In this document: positions 22,901-37,900 of the stretch, piece by piece | How positions within the stretch are numbered: the stretch's first letter is position 1 | How the letters are laid out: the number at the start of each line of letters is the position of its first letter | From: Eledone cirrhosa | Taxonomy: Eukaryota | Length of the DNA stretch: 64,000 nucleotides | Assembly (NCBI GenBank): GCA_964016885.1 | Contig: OZ024743.1 | Coordinates: forward strand, 210,986,001-211,050,000 | Direction: 5' to 3' | Position numbers and translations under genes: made by a program | The notes under the pieces: model-generated | What the model saw: the letters and a program-made list of their open reading frames with translations, nothing else | What the model was told of the DNA's origin: nothing | The model's database searches: none

Positions 22901-25900
22901 AGGGATTCCAAGAATACAATGACCAGGGTAATTAGCAGTGGAGTCAGGGATTCCAAGAATACAGTGAGCAGGGTAATTAGCAGAGGGAGTCAGGGATTCC
23001 AAGAATACAGTGACCAGGGTAATTAGCAGTGGTGTCAGGGATTCCAAGTATACAGTGACCAGGGTAATTAGCAGTGGAGTCAGGGATTCCAAGAATACAG
23101 TGACCAGGGTAATTAGCAGTGGAGTCAGGGATTCCAAGAACACAGTGACCAGGGTAATTAGCAGTGGAGTCAGGGATTCCAAAAATACAGTGACCAGGGT
23201 AATTAGCAGTGGAGTCAGAGATTCCAAGAATACAGTGACCAGGGTAATTAGCAGTGGAGTCAGGGATTCCAAGAATACAGTGACCAGGGTAATTAGCAGT
23301 GGAGTCAAGGATTCCAAAAATACAGTGAGCAGGGTAACTAGCAGTGGAGTCAGGGATTCCAAGAATACAGTGACCAGGGTAATTAGCAGTGGAGTCAGGG
23401 ATTCCAAGAATACAGTGACCAGGGTAATTAGCAGTGGAGTCAGGGTTTCCAAGAATACAGTGACCAGGGTAATTAGCAGTGGAGTCAGGGATTCCAAGAA
23501 AACAGTGACCAGGGTAATTAGCAGTGGAGTCAGGGATTCCAAGAATACAGTGACCAGGGTAATTAGCAGTGGAGTCAGGGATTCCAAGAATACAGTGACC
23601 AGGGTAATTAGCAGTGGAGTCAGGGATTCCAAGAATACAGTGACCAGGGTAAATAGCAGTGGAGTCAGGGATTCCAAGAATACAGTGACCAGGGTAATTA
23701 GCAGTGGAGTCAGGGATTCCAAGAATACAGTGACCAGGGTAATTAGCAGTGGAGACAGAGATTCCAAAAATACAGTGAGCAGGGTAATTAGCAGTGGAGT
23801 CAGGGATTCCAAGAATACAGTGACCAGGGTAATTAGCAGTGGAGTCAGGGATTCCAAGAATACAGTGACCAGGTTAATTAGCAGTGGAGTCAGGGATTCC
23901 AAGAATACAGTGAGCAGGGTAATTAGCAGTGGAGTCAGGGATTCCAAAAATACAGTGAGCAGGGTAATTAGCAGTGGAGTCAGGGATTCCAAGAATACAG
24001 TGACCAGGGTAATTAGCAGTGGAGTCAGGGATTCCAAAAATACAGTGAGCAGGGTAATTAGCAGTGGAGTCAGGGATTCCAAGAATACAGTGACCAGGGT
24101 AATTAGCAGTGGAGTCAGGGATTCCAAGAATACAGTGACCAGGGTAATTAGCAGTGGAGTCAGGGATTCCAAGAATACAGTGACCAGGGTAATTAGCAGT
24201 GGAGTCAGGGATTCCAAGAATACAGTGACCAGGGTAATTAGCAGTGGAGACAGAGATTCCAAAAATACAGTGAGCAGGGTAATTAGCAGTGGAGTCAGGG
24301 ATTCCAAGAATACAGTGACCAGGGTAATTAGCAGTGGAGTCAGGGATTCCAAGAATACAGTGACCAGGGTAATTAGCAGTGGAGTCAGGGATTCCAAGAA
24401 TACAGTGACCAGGGTAATTAGCAGTGGAGTCAGAGATTCCAAGAATACAGTGAGCAAGGTAATTAGCAGTGGAGTCAGGGATTCCAAGAATACAGTGACC
24501 AGGGTAATTAGCAGTGGAGTCAGGGATTCCAAGAATACAGTGACCAGGGTAATTAGCAGTGGAGACAGAGATTCCAAAAATACAGTGAGCAGGGTAATTA
24601 GCAGTGGAGTCAGGGATTCCAAGAATACAGTGACCAGGGTAATTAGCAGTGGAGTCAGGGATTCCAAGAATACAGTGACCAGGGTAATTAGCAGTGGAGT
24701 CAGGGATTCCAAGAATACAGTGACCAGGGTAATTAGCAGTGGAGTCAGGGATTCCAAGAATACAGTGACCAGGGTAATTAGCAGTGGAGACAGAGATTCC
24801 AAAAATACAGTGAGCAGGGTAATTAGCAGTGGAGTCAGAGATTCCAAGAATACAGTGAGCAAGGTAATTAGCAGTGGAGTCAGGGATTCCAAGAATACAG
24901 TGACCGGGGTAATTAGCAGTGGAGTCAGGGATTCCAAGAAGACAGTGACCAGGGTAATTAGCAGTGGAGTCAGGGATTCCAAGAATACAGTGACCAGGGT
25001 AATTAGCAGTGGAGTCAGGGATTCCAAGAATACAGTGAGCAGGGTAATTAGCAGTGGAGTCAGGGATTCCAAGAATACAGTGACCAGGGTAATTAGCAGT
25101 GGAGTCAGGGATTCCAAAAAAACAATGAGCAGGGTAATTAGCAGTGGAGTCAGGGATTCCAAGAATACAGTGACCAGGGTAATTAGCAGTGGAGTCAGGG
25201 ATTCCAAGAATACAGTGACCAGGGTAATTAGCAGTGGAGTCAGGGATTCCAAAAATACAATGAGCAGGGTAATTAGCAGTGGAGTCAGGGATTCCAAGAA
25301 TACCGTGACCAGGGTAATTAGCAGTGGAGTCAGGGATTCCAAGAATACAGTGACCAGGGTAATTAGCAGTGGAGTCAGGGATTCCAAGAATACAGTGACC
25401 AGGGTAATTAGCAGTGGAGTCAGGGATTCCAAAAATACAGTGACCAGGGTAATTAGCAGTGGAGTCAGGGATTCCAAGAATACAGTGACCAGGGTAATTA
25501 GCAGTGGAGTCAGGGATTCCAAGAATACAGTGACCAGGGTAATTAGCAGTGGAGTCAGAGATTCCAAGAATACAGTGAGCAAGGTAATTAGCAGTGGAGT
25601 CAGGGATTCCAAGAATACAGTGACCGGGGTAATTAGCAGTGGAGTCAGGGATTCCAAGAATACAGTGACCAGGGTAATTAGCAGTGGAGTCAGGGATTCC
25701 AAGAATACAGTGACCAGGGTAATTAGCAGTGGAGTCAGGGATTCCAAGAATACAGTGAGCAGGGTAATTAGCAGTGGAGTCAGGGATTCCAAGAATACAG
25801 TGACCAGGGTAATTAGCAGTGGAGTCAGGGATTCCAAGAATACAGTGACCAGGGTAATTAGCAGTGGAGTCAGGGATTCCAAGAATACAGTGACCAGGGT

Positions 25901-28900
25901 AATTAGCAGTGGAGTCAGGGATTCCAAAAATACAATGAGCAGGGTAATTAGCAGTGGAGTCAGGGATTCCAAGAATACCGTGACCAGGGTAATTAGCAGT
26001 GGAGTCAGGGATTCCAAGAATACAGTGACCAGGGTAATTAGCAGTGGAGTCAGGGATTCCAAGAATACAGTGACCAGGGTAATTAGCAGTGGAGTCAGGG
26101 ATTCCAAAAATACAGTGACCAGGGTAATTAGCAGTGGAGTCAGGGATTCCAAGAATACAGTGACCAGGGTAATTAGCAGTGGAGTCAGGGATTCCAAGAA
26201 TACAGTGACCAGGGTAATTAGCAGTGGAGTCAGAGATTCCAAGAATACAGTGAGCAAGGTAATTAGCAGTGGAGTCAGGGATTCCAAGAATACAGTGACC
26301 GGGGTAATTAGCAGTGGAGTCAGGGATTCCAACAATACAGTGACCAGGGTAATTAGCAGTGGAGTCAGGGATTCCAAGAATACAGTGACCAGGGTAATTA
26401 GCAGTGGAGTCAGGGATTCCAAGAATACAGTGAGCAGGGTAATTAGCAGTGGAGTCAGGGATTCCAAGAATACAGTGACCAGGGTAATTAGCAGTGGAGT
26501 CAGGGATTCCAAGAATACAGTGACCAGGGTAATTAGCAGTGGAGTCAGGGATTCCAAGAATACAGTGAGCAGGGTAATTAGCAGTGGAGTCAGGGATTCC
26601 AAGAATACAGTGACCAGGGTAATTAGCAGTGGAGTCAGGGATTCCAAGAATACAGTGACCAGGGTAATTAGCAGTGGAGTCAGGGATTCCAAGAATACAG
26701 TGACCGGGGTAATTAGCAGTGGAGTCAGGGATTCCAAGAATACAGTGACCAGGGTAATTAGCAGTGGAGTCAGGGATTCCAAGAATACAGTGACCAGGGT
26801 AATTAGCAGTGGAGTCAGGGATTCCAAGAATACAGTGAGCAGGGTAATTAGCAGTGGAGTCAGGGATTCCAAGAATACAGTGACCAGGATAATTAGCAGT
26901 GGAGTCAGGGATTCCAAAAATACAATGAGCAGGGTAATTAGCAGTGGAGTCAGGGATTCCAAGAATACAGTGACCAGGGTAATTAGCAGTGGAGTCAGGG
27001 ATTCCAAGAATACAGTGACCAGGGTAATTAGCAGTGGAGTCAGGGATTCCAAAAATACAATGAGCAGGGTAATTAGCAGTGGAGTCAGGGATTCCAAGAA
27101 TACAGTGACCAGGGTAATTAGCAGTGGAGTCAGGGATTCCAAGAATACAGTGACCAGGGTAATTAGCAGTGGAGTCAGGGATTCCAAGAATACAGTGACC
27201 AGGGTAATTAGCAGTGGAGTCAGAGATTCCAAGAATACAGTGAGCAAGGTAATTAGCAGTGGAGTCAGGGATTCCAAGAATACAGTGACCAGGGTAATTA
27301 GCAGTGGAGTCAGGGATTCCAAGAATACAGTGACCAGGGTAATTAGCAGTGGAGACAGAGATTCCAAAAATACAGTGAGCAGGGTAATTAGCAGTGGAGT
27401 CAGGGATTCCAAGAATACAGTGAGCAAGGTAATTAGCAGTGGAGTCAGGGATTCCAAGAATACAATGACCAGGGTAATTAGCAGTGGAGTCAGGGATTCC
27501 AAGAATACAGTGAGCAGGGTAATTAGCAGAGGGAGTCAGGGATTCCAAGAATACAGTGACCAGGGTAATTAGCAGTGGTGTCAGGGATTCCAAGTATACA
27601 GTGACCAGGGTAATTAGCAGTGGAGTCAGGGATTCCAAGAATACAGTGACCAGGGTAATTAGCAGTGGAGTCAGGGATTCCAAGAACACAGTGACCAGGG
27701 TAATTAGCAGTGGAGTCAGGGATTCCAAAAATACAGTGACCAGGGTAATTAGCAGTGGAGTCAGAGATTCCAAGAATACAGTGACCAGGGTAATTAGCAG
27801 TGGAGTCAGGGATTCCAAGAATACAGTGACCAGGGTAATTAGCAGTGGAGTCAAGGATTCCAAAAATACAGTGAGCAGGGTAACTAGCAGTGGAGTCAGG
27901 GATTCCAAGAATACAGTGACCAGGGTAATTAGCAGTGGAGTCAGGGATTCCAAGAATACAGTGACCAGGGTAATTAGCAGTGGAGTCAGGGATTCCAAGA
28001 ATACAGTGACCAGGGTAATTAGCAGTGGAGTCAGGGATTCCAAGAAAACAGTGACCAGGGTAATTAGCAGTGGAGTCAGGGATTCCAAGAATACAGTGAC
28101 CAGGGTAATTAGCAGTGGAGTCAGGGATTCCAAGAATACAGTGACCAGGGTAATTAGCAGTGGAGTCAGGGATTCCAAGAATACTGTGACCAGGGTAAAT
28201 AGCAGTGGAGTCAGGGATTCCATGAATACAGTGACCAGGGTAATTAGCAGTGGAGTCAGGGATTCCAAGAATACAGTGACCAGGGTAATTAGCAGTGGAG
28301 ACAGAGATTCCAAAAATACAGTGAGCAGGGTAATTAGCAGTGGAGTCAGGGATTCCAAGAATACAGTGACCAGGGTAATTAGCAGTGGAGTCAGGGATTC
28401 CAAGAATACAGTGACCAGGTTAATTAGCAGTGGAGTCAGGGATTCCAAGAATACAGTGAGCAGGGTAATTAGCAGTGGAGTCAGGGATTCCAAAAATACA
28501 GTGAGCAGGGTAATTAGCAGTGGAGTCAGGGATTCCAAGAATACAGTGACCAGGGTAATTAGCAGTGGAGTCAGGGATTCCAAAAATACAGTGAGCAGGG
28601 TAATTAGCAGTGGAGTCAGGGATTCCAAGAATACAGTGACCAGGGTAATTAGCAGTGGAGTCAGGGATTCCAAGAATACAGTGACCAGGGTAATTAGCAG
28701 TGGAGTCAGGGATTCCAAGAATACAGTGACCAGGGTAATTAGCAGTGGAGTCAGGGATTCCAAGAATACAGTGACCAGGGTAATTAGCAGTGGAGACAGA
28801 GATTCCAAAAATACAGTGAGCAGGGTAATTAGCAGTGGAGTCAGGGATTCCAAGAATACAGTGACCAGGGTAATTAGCAGTGGAGTCAGGGATTCCAAGA

Positions 28901-31900
28901 ATACAGTGACCAGGGTAATTAGCAGTGGAGTCAGGGATTCCAAGAATACAGTGACCAGGGTAATTAGCAGTGGAGTCAGGGATTCCAAGAATACAGTGAC
29001 CAGGGTAATTAGCAGTGGAGACAGAGATTCCAAAAATACAGTGAGCAGGGTAATTAGCAGTGGAGTCAGAGATTCCAAGAATACAGTGAGCAAGGTAATT
29101 AGCAGTGGAGTCAGGGATTCCAAGAATACAGTGACCGGGGTAATTAGCAGTGGAGTCAGGGATTCCAAGAAGACAGTGACCAGGGTAATTAGCAGTGGAG
29201 TCAGGGATTCCAAGAATACAGTGACCAGGGTAATTAGCAGTGGAGTCAGGGATTCCAAGAATACAGTGAGCAGGGTAATTAGCAGTGGAGTCAGGGATTC
29301 CAAGAATACAGTGACCAGGGTAATTAGCAGTGGAGTCAGGGATTCCAAAAAAACAATGAGCAGGGTAATTAGCAGTGGAGTCAGGGATTCCAAAAATACA
29401 GTGACCAGGGTAATTAGCAGTGGAGTCAGGGATTCCAAGAATACAGTGACCAGGGTAATTAGCAGTGGAGTCAGGGATTCCAAGAATACAGTGACCAGGG
29501 TAATTACCAGTGGAGTCAGAGATTCCAAGAATACAGTGAGCAAGGTAATTAGCAGTGGAGTCAGGGATTCCAAGAATACAGTGACCGGGGTAATTAGCAG
29601 TGGAGTCAGGGATTCCAAGAATACAGTGACCAGGGTAATTAGCAGTGGAGTCAGGGATTCCAAGAATACAGTGACCAGGGTAATTAGCAGTGGAGTCAGG
29701 GATTCCAAGAATACAGTGAGCAGGGTAATTAGCAGTGGAGTCAGGGATTCCAAGAATACAGTGACCAGGATAATTAGCAGTGGAGTCAGGGATTCCAAAA
29801 ATACAATGAGCAGGGTAATTAGCAGTGGAGTCAGGGATTCCAAGAATACAGTGACCAGGGTAATTAGCAGTGGAGTCAGGGATTCCAAGAATACAGTGAC
29901 CAGGGTAATTAGCAGTGGAGTCAGGGATTCCAAAAATACAATGAGCAGGGTAATTAGCAGTGGAGTCAGGGATTCCAAGAATACAGTGACCAGGGTAATT
30001 AGCAGTGGAGTCAGGGATTCCAAGAATACAGTGACCAGGGTAATTAGCAGTGGAGTCAGGGATTCCAAGAATACAGTGACCAGGGTAATTAGCAGTGGAG
30101 TCAGAGATTCCAAGAATACAGTGAGCAAGGTAATTAGCAGTGGAGTCAGGGATTCCAAGAATACAGTGACCAGGGTAATTAGCAGTGGAGTCAGGGATTC
30201 CAAGAATACAGTGACCAGGGTAATTAGCAGTGGAGACAGAGATTCCAAAAATACAGTGAGCAGGGTAATTAGCAGTGGAGTCAGGGATTCCAAGAATACA
30301 GTGACCAGGGTAATTAGCAGTGGAGTCAGGGATTCCAAGAATACAGTGACCAGGGTAATTAGCAGTGGAGTCAGGGATTCCAAGAATACAGTGACCAGGG
30401 TAATTAGCAGTGGAGTCAGGGATTCCAAGAATACAGTGACCAGGGTAATTAGCAGTGGAGACAGAGATTCCAAAAATACAGTGAGCAGGGTAATTAGCAG
30501 TGGAGTCAGAGATTCCAAGAATACAGTGAGCAAGGTAATTAGCAGTGGAGTCAGGGATTCCAAGAATACAGTGACCGGGGTAATTAGCAGTGGAGTCAGG
30601 GATTCCAAGAAGACAGTGACCAGGGTAATTAGCAGTGGAGTCAGGGATTCCAAGAATACAGTGACCAGGGTAATTAGCAGTGGAGTCAGGGATTCCAAGA
30701 ATACAGTGAGCAGGGTAATTAGCAGTGGAGTCAGGGATTCCAAGAATACAGTGACCAGGGTAATTAGCAGTGGAGTCAGGGATTCCAAAAAAACAATGAG
30801 CAGGGTAATTAGCAGTGGAGTCAGGGATTCCAAGAATACAGTGACCAGGGTAATTAGCAGTGGAGTCAGGGATTCCAAGAATACAGTGACCAGGGTAATT
30901 AGCAGTGGAGTCAGGGATTCCAAAAATACAATGAGCAGGGTAATTAGCAGTGGAGTCAGGGATTCCAAGAATACCGTGACCAGGGTAATTAGCAGTGGAG
31001 TCAGGGATTCCAAGAATACAGTGACCAGGGTAATTAGCAGTGGAGTCAGGGATTCCAAGAATACAGTGACCAGGGTAATTAGCAGTGGAGTCAGGGATTC
31101 CAAAAATACAGTGACCAGGGTAATTAGCAGTGGAGTCAGGGATTCCAAGAATACAGTGACCAGGGTAATTAGCAGTGGAGTCAGGGATTCCAAGAATACA
31201 GTGACCAGGGTAATTAGCAGTGGAGTCAGAGATTCCAAGAATACAGTGAGCAAGGTAATTAGCAGTGGAGTCAGGGATTCCAAGAATACAGTGACCGGGG
31301 TAATTAGCAGTGGAGTCAGGGATTCCAAGAATACAGTGACCAGGGTAATTAGCAGTGGAGTCAGGGATTCCAAGAATACAGTGACCAGGGTAATTAGCAG
31401 TGGAGTCAGGGATTCCAAGAATACAGTGAGCAGGGTAATTAGCAGTGGAGTCAGGGATTCCAAGAATACAGTGACCAGGGTAATTAGCAGTGGAGTCAGG
31501 GATTCCAAGAATACAGTGACCAGGGTAATTAGCAGTGGAGTCAGGGATTCCAAGAATACAGTGACCAGGGTAATTAGCAGTGGAGTCAGGGATTCCAAAA
31601 ATACAATGAGCAGGGTAATTAGCAGTGGAGTCAGGGATTCCAAGAATACCGTGACCAGGGTAATTAGCAGTGGAGTCAGGGATTCCAAGAATACAGTGAC
31701 CAGGGTAATTAGCAGTGGAGTCAGGGATTCCAAGAATACAGTGACCAGGGTAATTAGCAGTGGAGTCAGGGATTCCAAAAATACAGTGACCAGGGTAATT
31801 AGCAGTGGAGTCAGGGATTCCAAGAATACAGTGACCAGGGTAATTAGCAGTGGAGTCAGGGATTCCAAGAATACAGTGACCAGGGTAATTAGCAGTGGAG

Positions 31901-34900
31901 TCAGAGATTCCAAGAATACAGTGAGCAAGGTAATTAGCAGTGGAGTCAGGGATTCCAAGAATACAGTGACCGGGGTAATTAGCAGTGGAGTCAGGGATTC
32001 CAACAATACAGTGACCAGGGTAATTAGCAGTGGAGTCAGGGATTCCAAGAATACAGTGACCAGGGTAATTAGCAGTGGAGTCAGGGATTCCAAGAATACA
32101 GTGAGCAGGGTAATTAGCAGTGGAGTCAGGGATTCCAAGAATACAGTGACCAGGGTAATTAGCAGTGGAGTCAGGGATTCCAAGAATACAGTGACCAGGG
32201 TAATTAGCAGTGGAGTCAGGGATTCCAAGAATACAGTGAGCAGGGTAATTAGCAGTGGAGTCAGGGATTCCAAGAATACAGTGACCAGGGTAATTAGCAG
32301 TGGAGTCAGGGATTCCAAGAATACAGTGACCAGGGTAATTAGCAGTGGAGTCAGGGATTCCAAGAATACAGTGACCGGGGTAATTAGCAGTGGAGTCAGG
32401 GATTCCAAGAATACAGTGACCAGGGTAATTAGCAGTGGAGTCAGGGATTCCAAGAATACAGTGACCAGGGTAATTAGCAGTGGAGTCAGGGATTCCAAGA
32501 ATACAGTGAGCAGGGTAATTAGCAGTGGAGTCAGGGATTCCAAGAATACAGTGACCAGGATAATTAGCAGTGGAGTCAGGGATTCCAAAAATACAATGAG
32601 CAGGGTAATTAGCAGTGGAGTCAGGGATTCCAAGAATACAGTGACCAGGGTAATTAGCAGTGGAGTCAGGGATTCCAAGAATACAGTGACCAGGGTAATT
32701 AGCAGTGGAGTCAGGGATTCCAAAAATACAATGAGCAGGGTAATTAGCAGTGGAGTCAGGGATTCCAAGAATACAGTGACCAGGGTAATTAGCAGTGGAG
32801 TCAGGGATTCCAAGAATACAGTGACCAGGGTAATTAGCAGTGGAGTCAGGGATTCCAAGAATACAGTGACCAGGGTAATTAGCAGTGGAGTCAGAGATTC
32901 CAAGAATACAGTGAGCAAGGTAATTAGCAGTGGAGTCAGGGATTCCAAGAATACAGTGACCAGGGTAATTAGCAGTGGAGTCAGGGATTCCAAGAATACA
33001 GTGACCAGGGTAATTAGCAGTGGAGACAGAGATTCCAAAAATACAGTGAGCAGGGTAATTAGCAGTGGAGTCAGGGATTCCAAGAATACAGTGACCAGGG
33101 TAATTAGCAGTGGAGTCAGGGATTCCAAGAATACAGTGACCAGGGTAATTAGCAGTGGAGTCAGGGATTCCAAGAATACAGTGACCAGGGTAATTAGCAG
33201 TGGAGTCAGGGATTCCAAGAATACAGTGACCAGGGTAATTAGCAGTGGAGACAGAGATTCCAAAAATACAGTGAGCAGGGTAATTAGCAGTGGAGTCAGA
33301 GATTCCAAGAATACAGTGAGCAAGGTAATTAGCAGTGGAGTCAGGGATTCCAAGAATACAGTGACCGGGGTAATTAGCAGTGGAGTCAGGGATTCCAAGA
33401 AGACAGTGACCAGGGTAATTAGCAGTGGAGTCAGGGATTCCAAGAATACAGTGACCAGGGTAATTAGCAGTGGAGTCAGGGATTCCAAGAAAACAGTGAG
33501 CAGGGTAATTAGCAGTGGAGTCAGGGATTCCAAGAATACAGTGACCAGGGTAATTAGCAGTGGAGTCAGGGATTCCAAAAAAACAATGAGCAGGGTAATT
33601 AGCAGTGGAGTCAGGGATTCCAAGAATACAGTGACCAGGGTAATTAGCAGTGGAGTCAGGGATTCCAAGAATACAGTGACCAGGGTAATTAGCAGTGGAG
33701 TCAGGGATTCCAAAAATACAATGAGCAGGGTAATTAGCAGTGGAGTCAGGGATTCCAAGAATACCGTGACCAGGGTAATTAGCAGTGGAGTCAGGGATTC
33801 CAAGAATACAGTGACCAGGGTAATTAGCAGTGGAGTCAGGGATTCCAAGAATACAGTGACCAGGGTAATTAGCAGTGGAGTCAGGGATTCCAAAAATACA
33901 GTGACCAGGGTAATTAGCAGTGGAGTCAGGGATTCCAAGAATACAGTGACCAGGGTAATTAGCAGTGGAGTCAGGGATTCCAAGAATACAATGACCAGGG
34001 TAATTAGCAGTGGAGTCAGAGATTCCAAGAATACAGTGAGCAAGGTAATTAGCAGTGGAGTCAGGGATTCCAAGAATACAGTGACCGGGGTAATTAGCAG
34101 TGGAGTCAGGGATTCCAAGAATACAGTGACCAGGGTAATTAGCAGTGGAGTCAGGGATTCCAAGAATACAGTGACCAGGGTAATTAGCAGTGGAGTCAGG
34201 GATTCCAAGAATACAGTGACCAGGGTAATTAGCAGTGGAGTCAGGGATTCCAAAAATACAATGAGCAGGGTAATTAGCAGTGGAGTCAGGGATTCCAAGA
34301 ATACCGTGACCAGGGTAATTAGCAGTGGAGTCAGGGATTCCAAGAATACAGTGACCAGGGTAATTAGCAGTGGAGTCAGGGATTCCAAGAATACAGTGAC
34401 CAGGGTAATTAGCAGTGGAGTCAGGGATTCCAAAAATACAGTGACCAGGGTAATTAGCAGTGGAGTCAGGGATTCCAAGAATACAGTGACCAGGGTAATT
34501 AGCAGTGGAGTCAGAGATTCCAAGAATGCAGTGAGCAAGGTAATTAGCAGTGGAGTCAGGGATTCCAAGAATACAGTGACCGGGGTAATTAGCAGTGGAG
34601 TCTGGGATTCCAAGAATACAGTGACCAGGGTAATTAGCAGTGGAGTCAGGGATTCCAAGAATACAGTGACCAGGGTAATTAGCAGTGGAGTCAGGGATTC
34701 CAAGAATACAGTGAGCAGGGTAATTAGCAGTGGAGTCAGGGATTCCAAGAATACAGTGACCAGGGTAATTAGCAGTGGAGTCAGGGATTCCAAGAATACA
34801 GTGACCAGGGTAATTAGCAGTGGAGTCAGGGATTCCAAGAATACAGTGAGCAGGGTAATTAGCAGTGGAGTCAGGGATTCCAAGAATACAGTGACCAGGG

Positions 34901-37900
34901 TAATTAGCAGTGGAGTCAGGGATTCCAAAAATACAATGAGCAGGGTAATTAGCAGTGGAGTCAGGGATTCCAAGAATACAGTGACCAGGGTAATTAGCAG
35001 TGGAGTCAGGGATTCCAAGAATACGGTGACCAGGGTAATTAGCAGTGGAGTCAGGGATTCCAAAAATACAATGAGCAGGATAATTAGCAGTGGAGTCAGG
35101 GATTCCAAGAATACAGTGACCAGGGTAATTAGCAGTGGAGTCAGGGATTCCAAGAATACAGTGACCAGGGTAATTAGCAGTGGAGTCAGGGATTCCAAGA
35201 ATACAGTGACCAGGGTAATTAGCAGTGGAGTAAGAGATTCCAAGAATACAGTGAGCAAGGTAATTAGCAGTGGAGTCAGGGATTCCAAGAATACAGTGAC
35301 CAGGGTAATTAGCAGTGGAGTCAGGGATTCCAAGAATACAGTGACCAGGGTAATTAGCAGTGGAGACAGAGATTCCAAAAATACAGTGAGCAGGGTAATT
35401 AGCAGTGGAGTCAGGGATTCCAAGAATACAGTGACCAGGGTAATTAGCAGTGGAGTCAGGGATTCCAAGAATACAGTGACCAGGGTAATTAGCAGTGGAG
35501 TCAGGGATTCCAAGAATACAGTGACCAGGGTAATTAGCAGTGGAGTCAGGGATTCCAAGAATACAGTGACCAGGGTAATTAGCAGTGGAGACAGAGATTC
35601 CAAAAATACAGTGAGCAGGGTAATTAGCAGTGGAGTCAGAGATTCCAAGAATACAGTGAGCAAGGTAATTAGCAGTGGAGTCAGGGATTCCAAGAATACA
35701 GTGACCGGGGTAATTAGCAGTGGAGTCAGGTATTCCAAGAATACAGTGACCAGGGTAATTACCAGTGGAGTCAGAGATTCCAAGAATACAGTGAGCAAGG
35801 TAATTAGCAGTGGAGTCAGGGATTCCAAGAATACAGTGACCGGGGTAATTAGCAGTGGAGTCAGGGATTCCAAGAATACAGTGACCAGGGTAATTAGCAG
35901 TGGAGTCAGAGATTCCAAGAATACAGTGAGCAAGGTAATTAGCAGTGGAGTCAGGGATTCCAAGAATACAGTGACCGAGGTAATTAGCAGTGGAGTCAGG
36001 GATTCCAAGAATACAGTGACCAGGGTAATTAGCAGTGGAGTCAGGGATTCCAAGAATACAGTGACCAGGGTAATTAGCAGTGGAGTCAGGGATTCCAAGA
36101 ATACAGTGACCAGGGTAATTAGCAGTGGAGTCAGGGATTCCAAGAATACAGTGACCAGGGTAATTAGCAGTGGAGTCAGGGATTCCAAGAATACAGTGAC
36201 CAGGGTAATTAGCAGTGGAGTCAGGGATTCCAAGAATACAGTGAGCAGGGTAATTAGCAGTGGAGTCAGGGATTCCAAGAATACAGTGACCAGGATAATT
36301 AGCAGTGGAGTCAGGGATTCCAAAAATACAATGAGCAGGGTAATTAGCAGTGGAGTCAGGGATTCCAAGAATACAGTGACCAGGGTAATTAGCAGTGGAG
36401 TCAGGGATTCCAAGAATACAGTGACCAGGGTAATTAGCAGTGGAGTCAGGGATTCCAAAAATACAATGAGCAGGGTAATTAGCAGTGGAGTCAGGGATTC
36501 CAAGAATCTAGTGAGCAGGGTAATTAGCAGTGGAGTCAGGGATTCCAAGAATACAGTGACCAGGGTAATTAGCAGTGGAGTCAGGGATTCCAAAAATACA
36601 ATGAGCAGGGTAATTAGCAGTGGAGTCAGGGATTCCAAGAATACAGTGACCAGGGTAATTAGCAGTGGAGTCAGGGATTCCAAGAATACGGTGACCAGGG
36701 TAATTAGCAGTGGAGTCAGGGATTCCAAAAATACAATGAGCAGGGTAATTAGCAGTGGAGTCAGGGATTCCAAGAATACAGTGACCAGGGTAATTAGCAG
36801 TGGAGTCAGGGATTCCAAGAATACAGTGACCAGGGTAATTAGCAGTGGAGTCAGGGATTCCAAGAATACAGTGACCAGGGTAATTAGCAGTGGAGTAAGA
36901 GATTCCAAGAATACAGTGAGCAAGGTAATTAGCAGTGGAGTCAGGGATTCCAAGAATACAGTGACCAGGGTAATTAGCAGTGGAGTCAGGGATTCCAAGA
37001 ATACAGTGACCAGGGTAATTAGCAGTGGAGACAGAGATTCCAAAAATACAGTGAGCAGGGTAATTAGCAGTGGAGTCAGGGATTCCAAGAATACAGTGAC
37101 CAGGGTAATTAGCAGTGGAGTCAGGGATTCCAAGAATACAGTGACCAGGGTAATTAGCAGTGGAGTCAGGGATTCCAAGAATACAGTGACCAGGGTAATT
37201 AGCAGTGGAGTCAGGGATTCCAAGAATACAGTGACCAGGGTAATTAGCAGTGGAGACAGAGATTCCAAAAATACAGTGAGCAGGGTAATTAGCAGTGGAG
37301 TCAGAGATTCCAAGAATACAGTGAGCAAGGTAATTAGCAGTGGAGTCAGGGATTCCAAGAATACAGTGACCGGGGTAATTAGCAGTGGAGTCAGGGATTC
37401 CAAGAATACAGTGACCAGGGTAATTACCAGTGGAGTCAGAGATTCCAAGAATACAGTGAGCAAGGTAATTAGCAGTGGAGTCAGGGATTCCAAGAATACA
37501 GTGACCGGGGTAATTAGCAGTGGAGTCAGGGATTCCAAGAATACAGTGACCAGGGTAATTAGCAGTGGAGTCAGAGATTCCAAGAATACAGTGAGCAAGG
37601 TAATTAGCAGTGGAGTCAGGGATTCCAAGAATACAGTGACCGAGGTAATTAGCAGTGGAGTCAGGGATTCCAAGAATACAGTGACCAGGGTAATTAGCAG
37701 TGGAGTCAGGGATTCCAAGAATACAGTGACCAGGGTAATTAGCAGCGGAGTCAGGGATTCCAAGAATACAGTGAGCAGGGTAATTAGCAGTGGAGTCAGG
37801 GATTCCAAGAATACAGTGACCAGGATAATTAGCAGTGGAGTCAGGGATTCCAAAAATACAATGAGCAGGGTAATTAGCAGTGGAGTCAGGGATTCCAAGA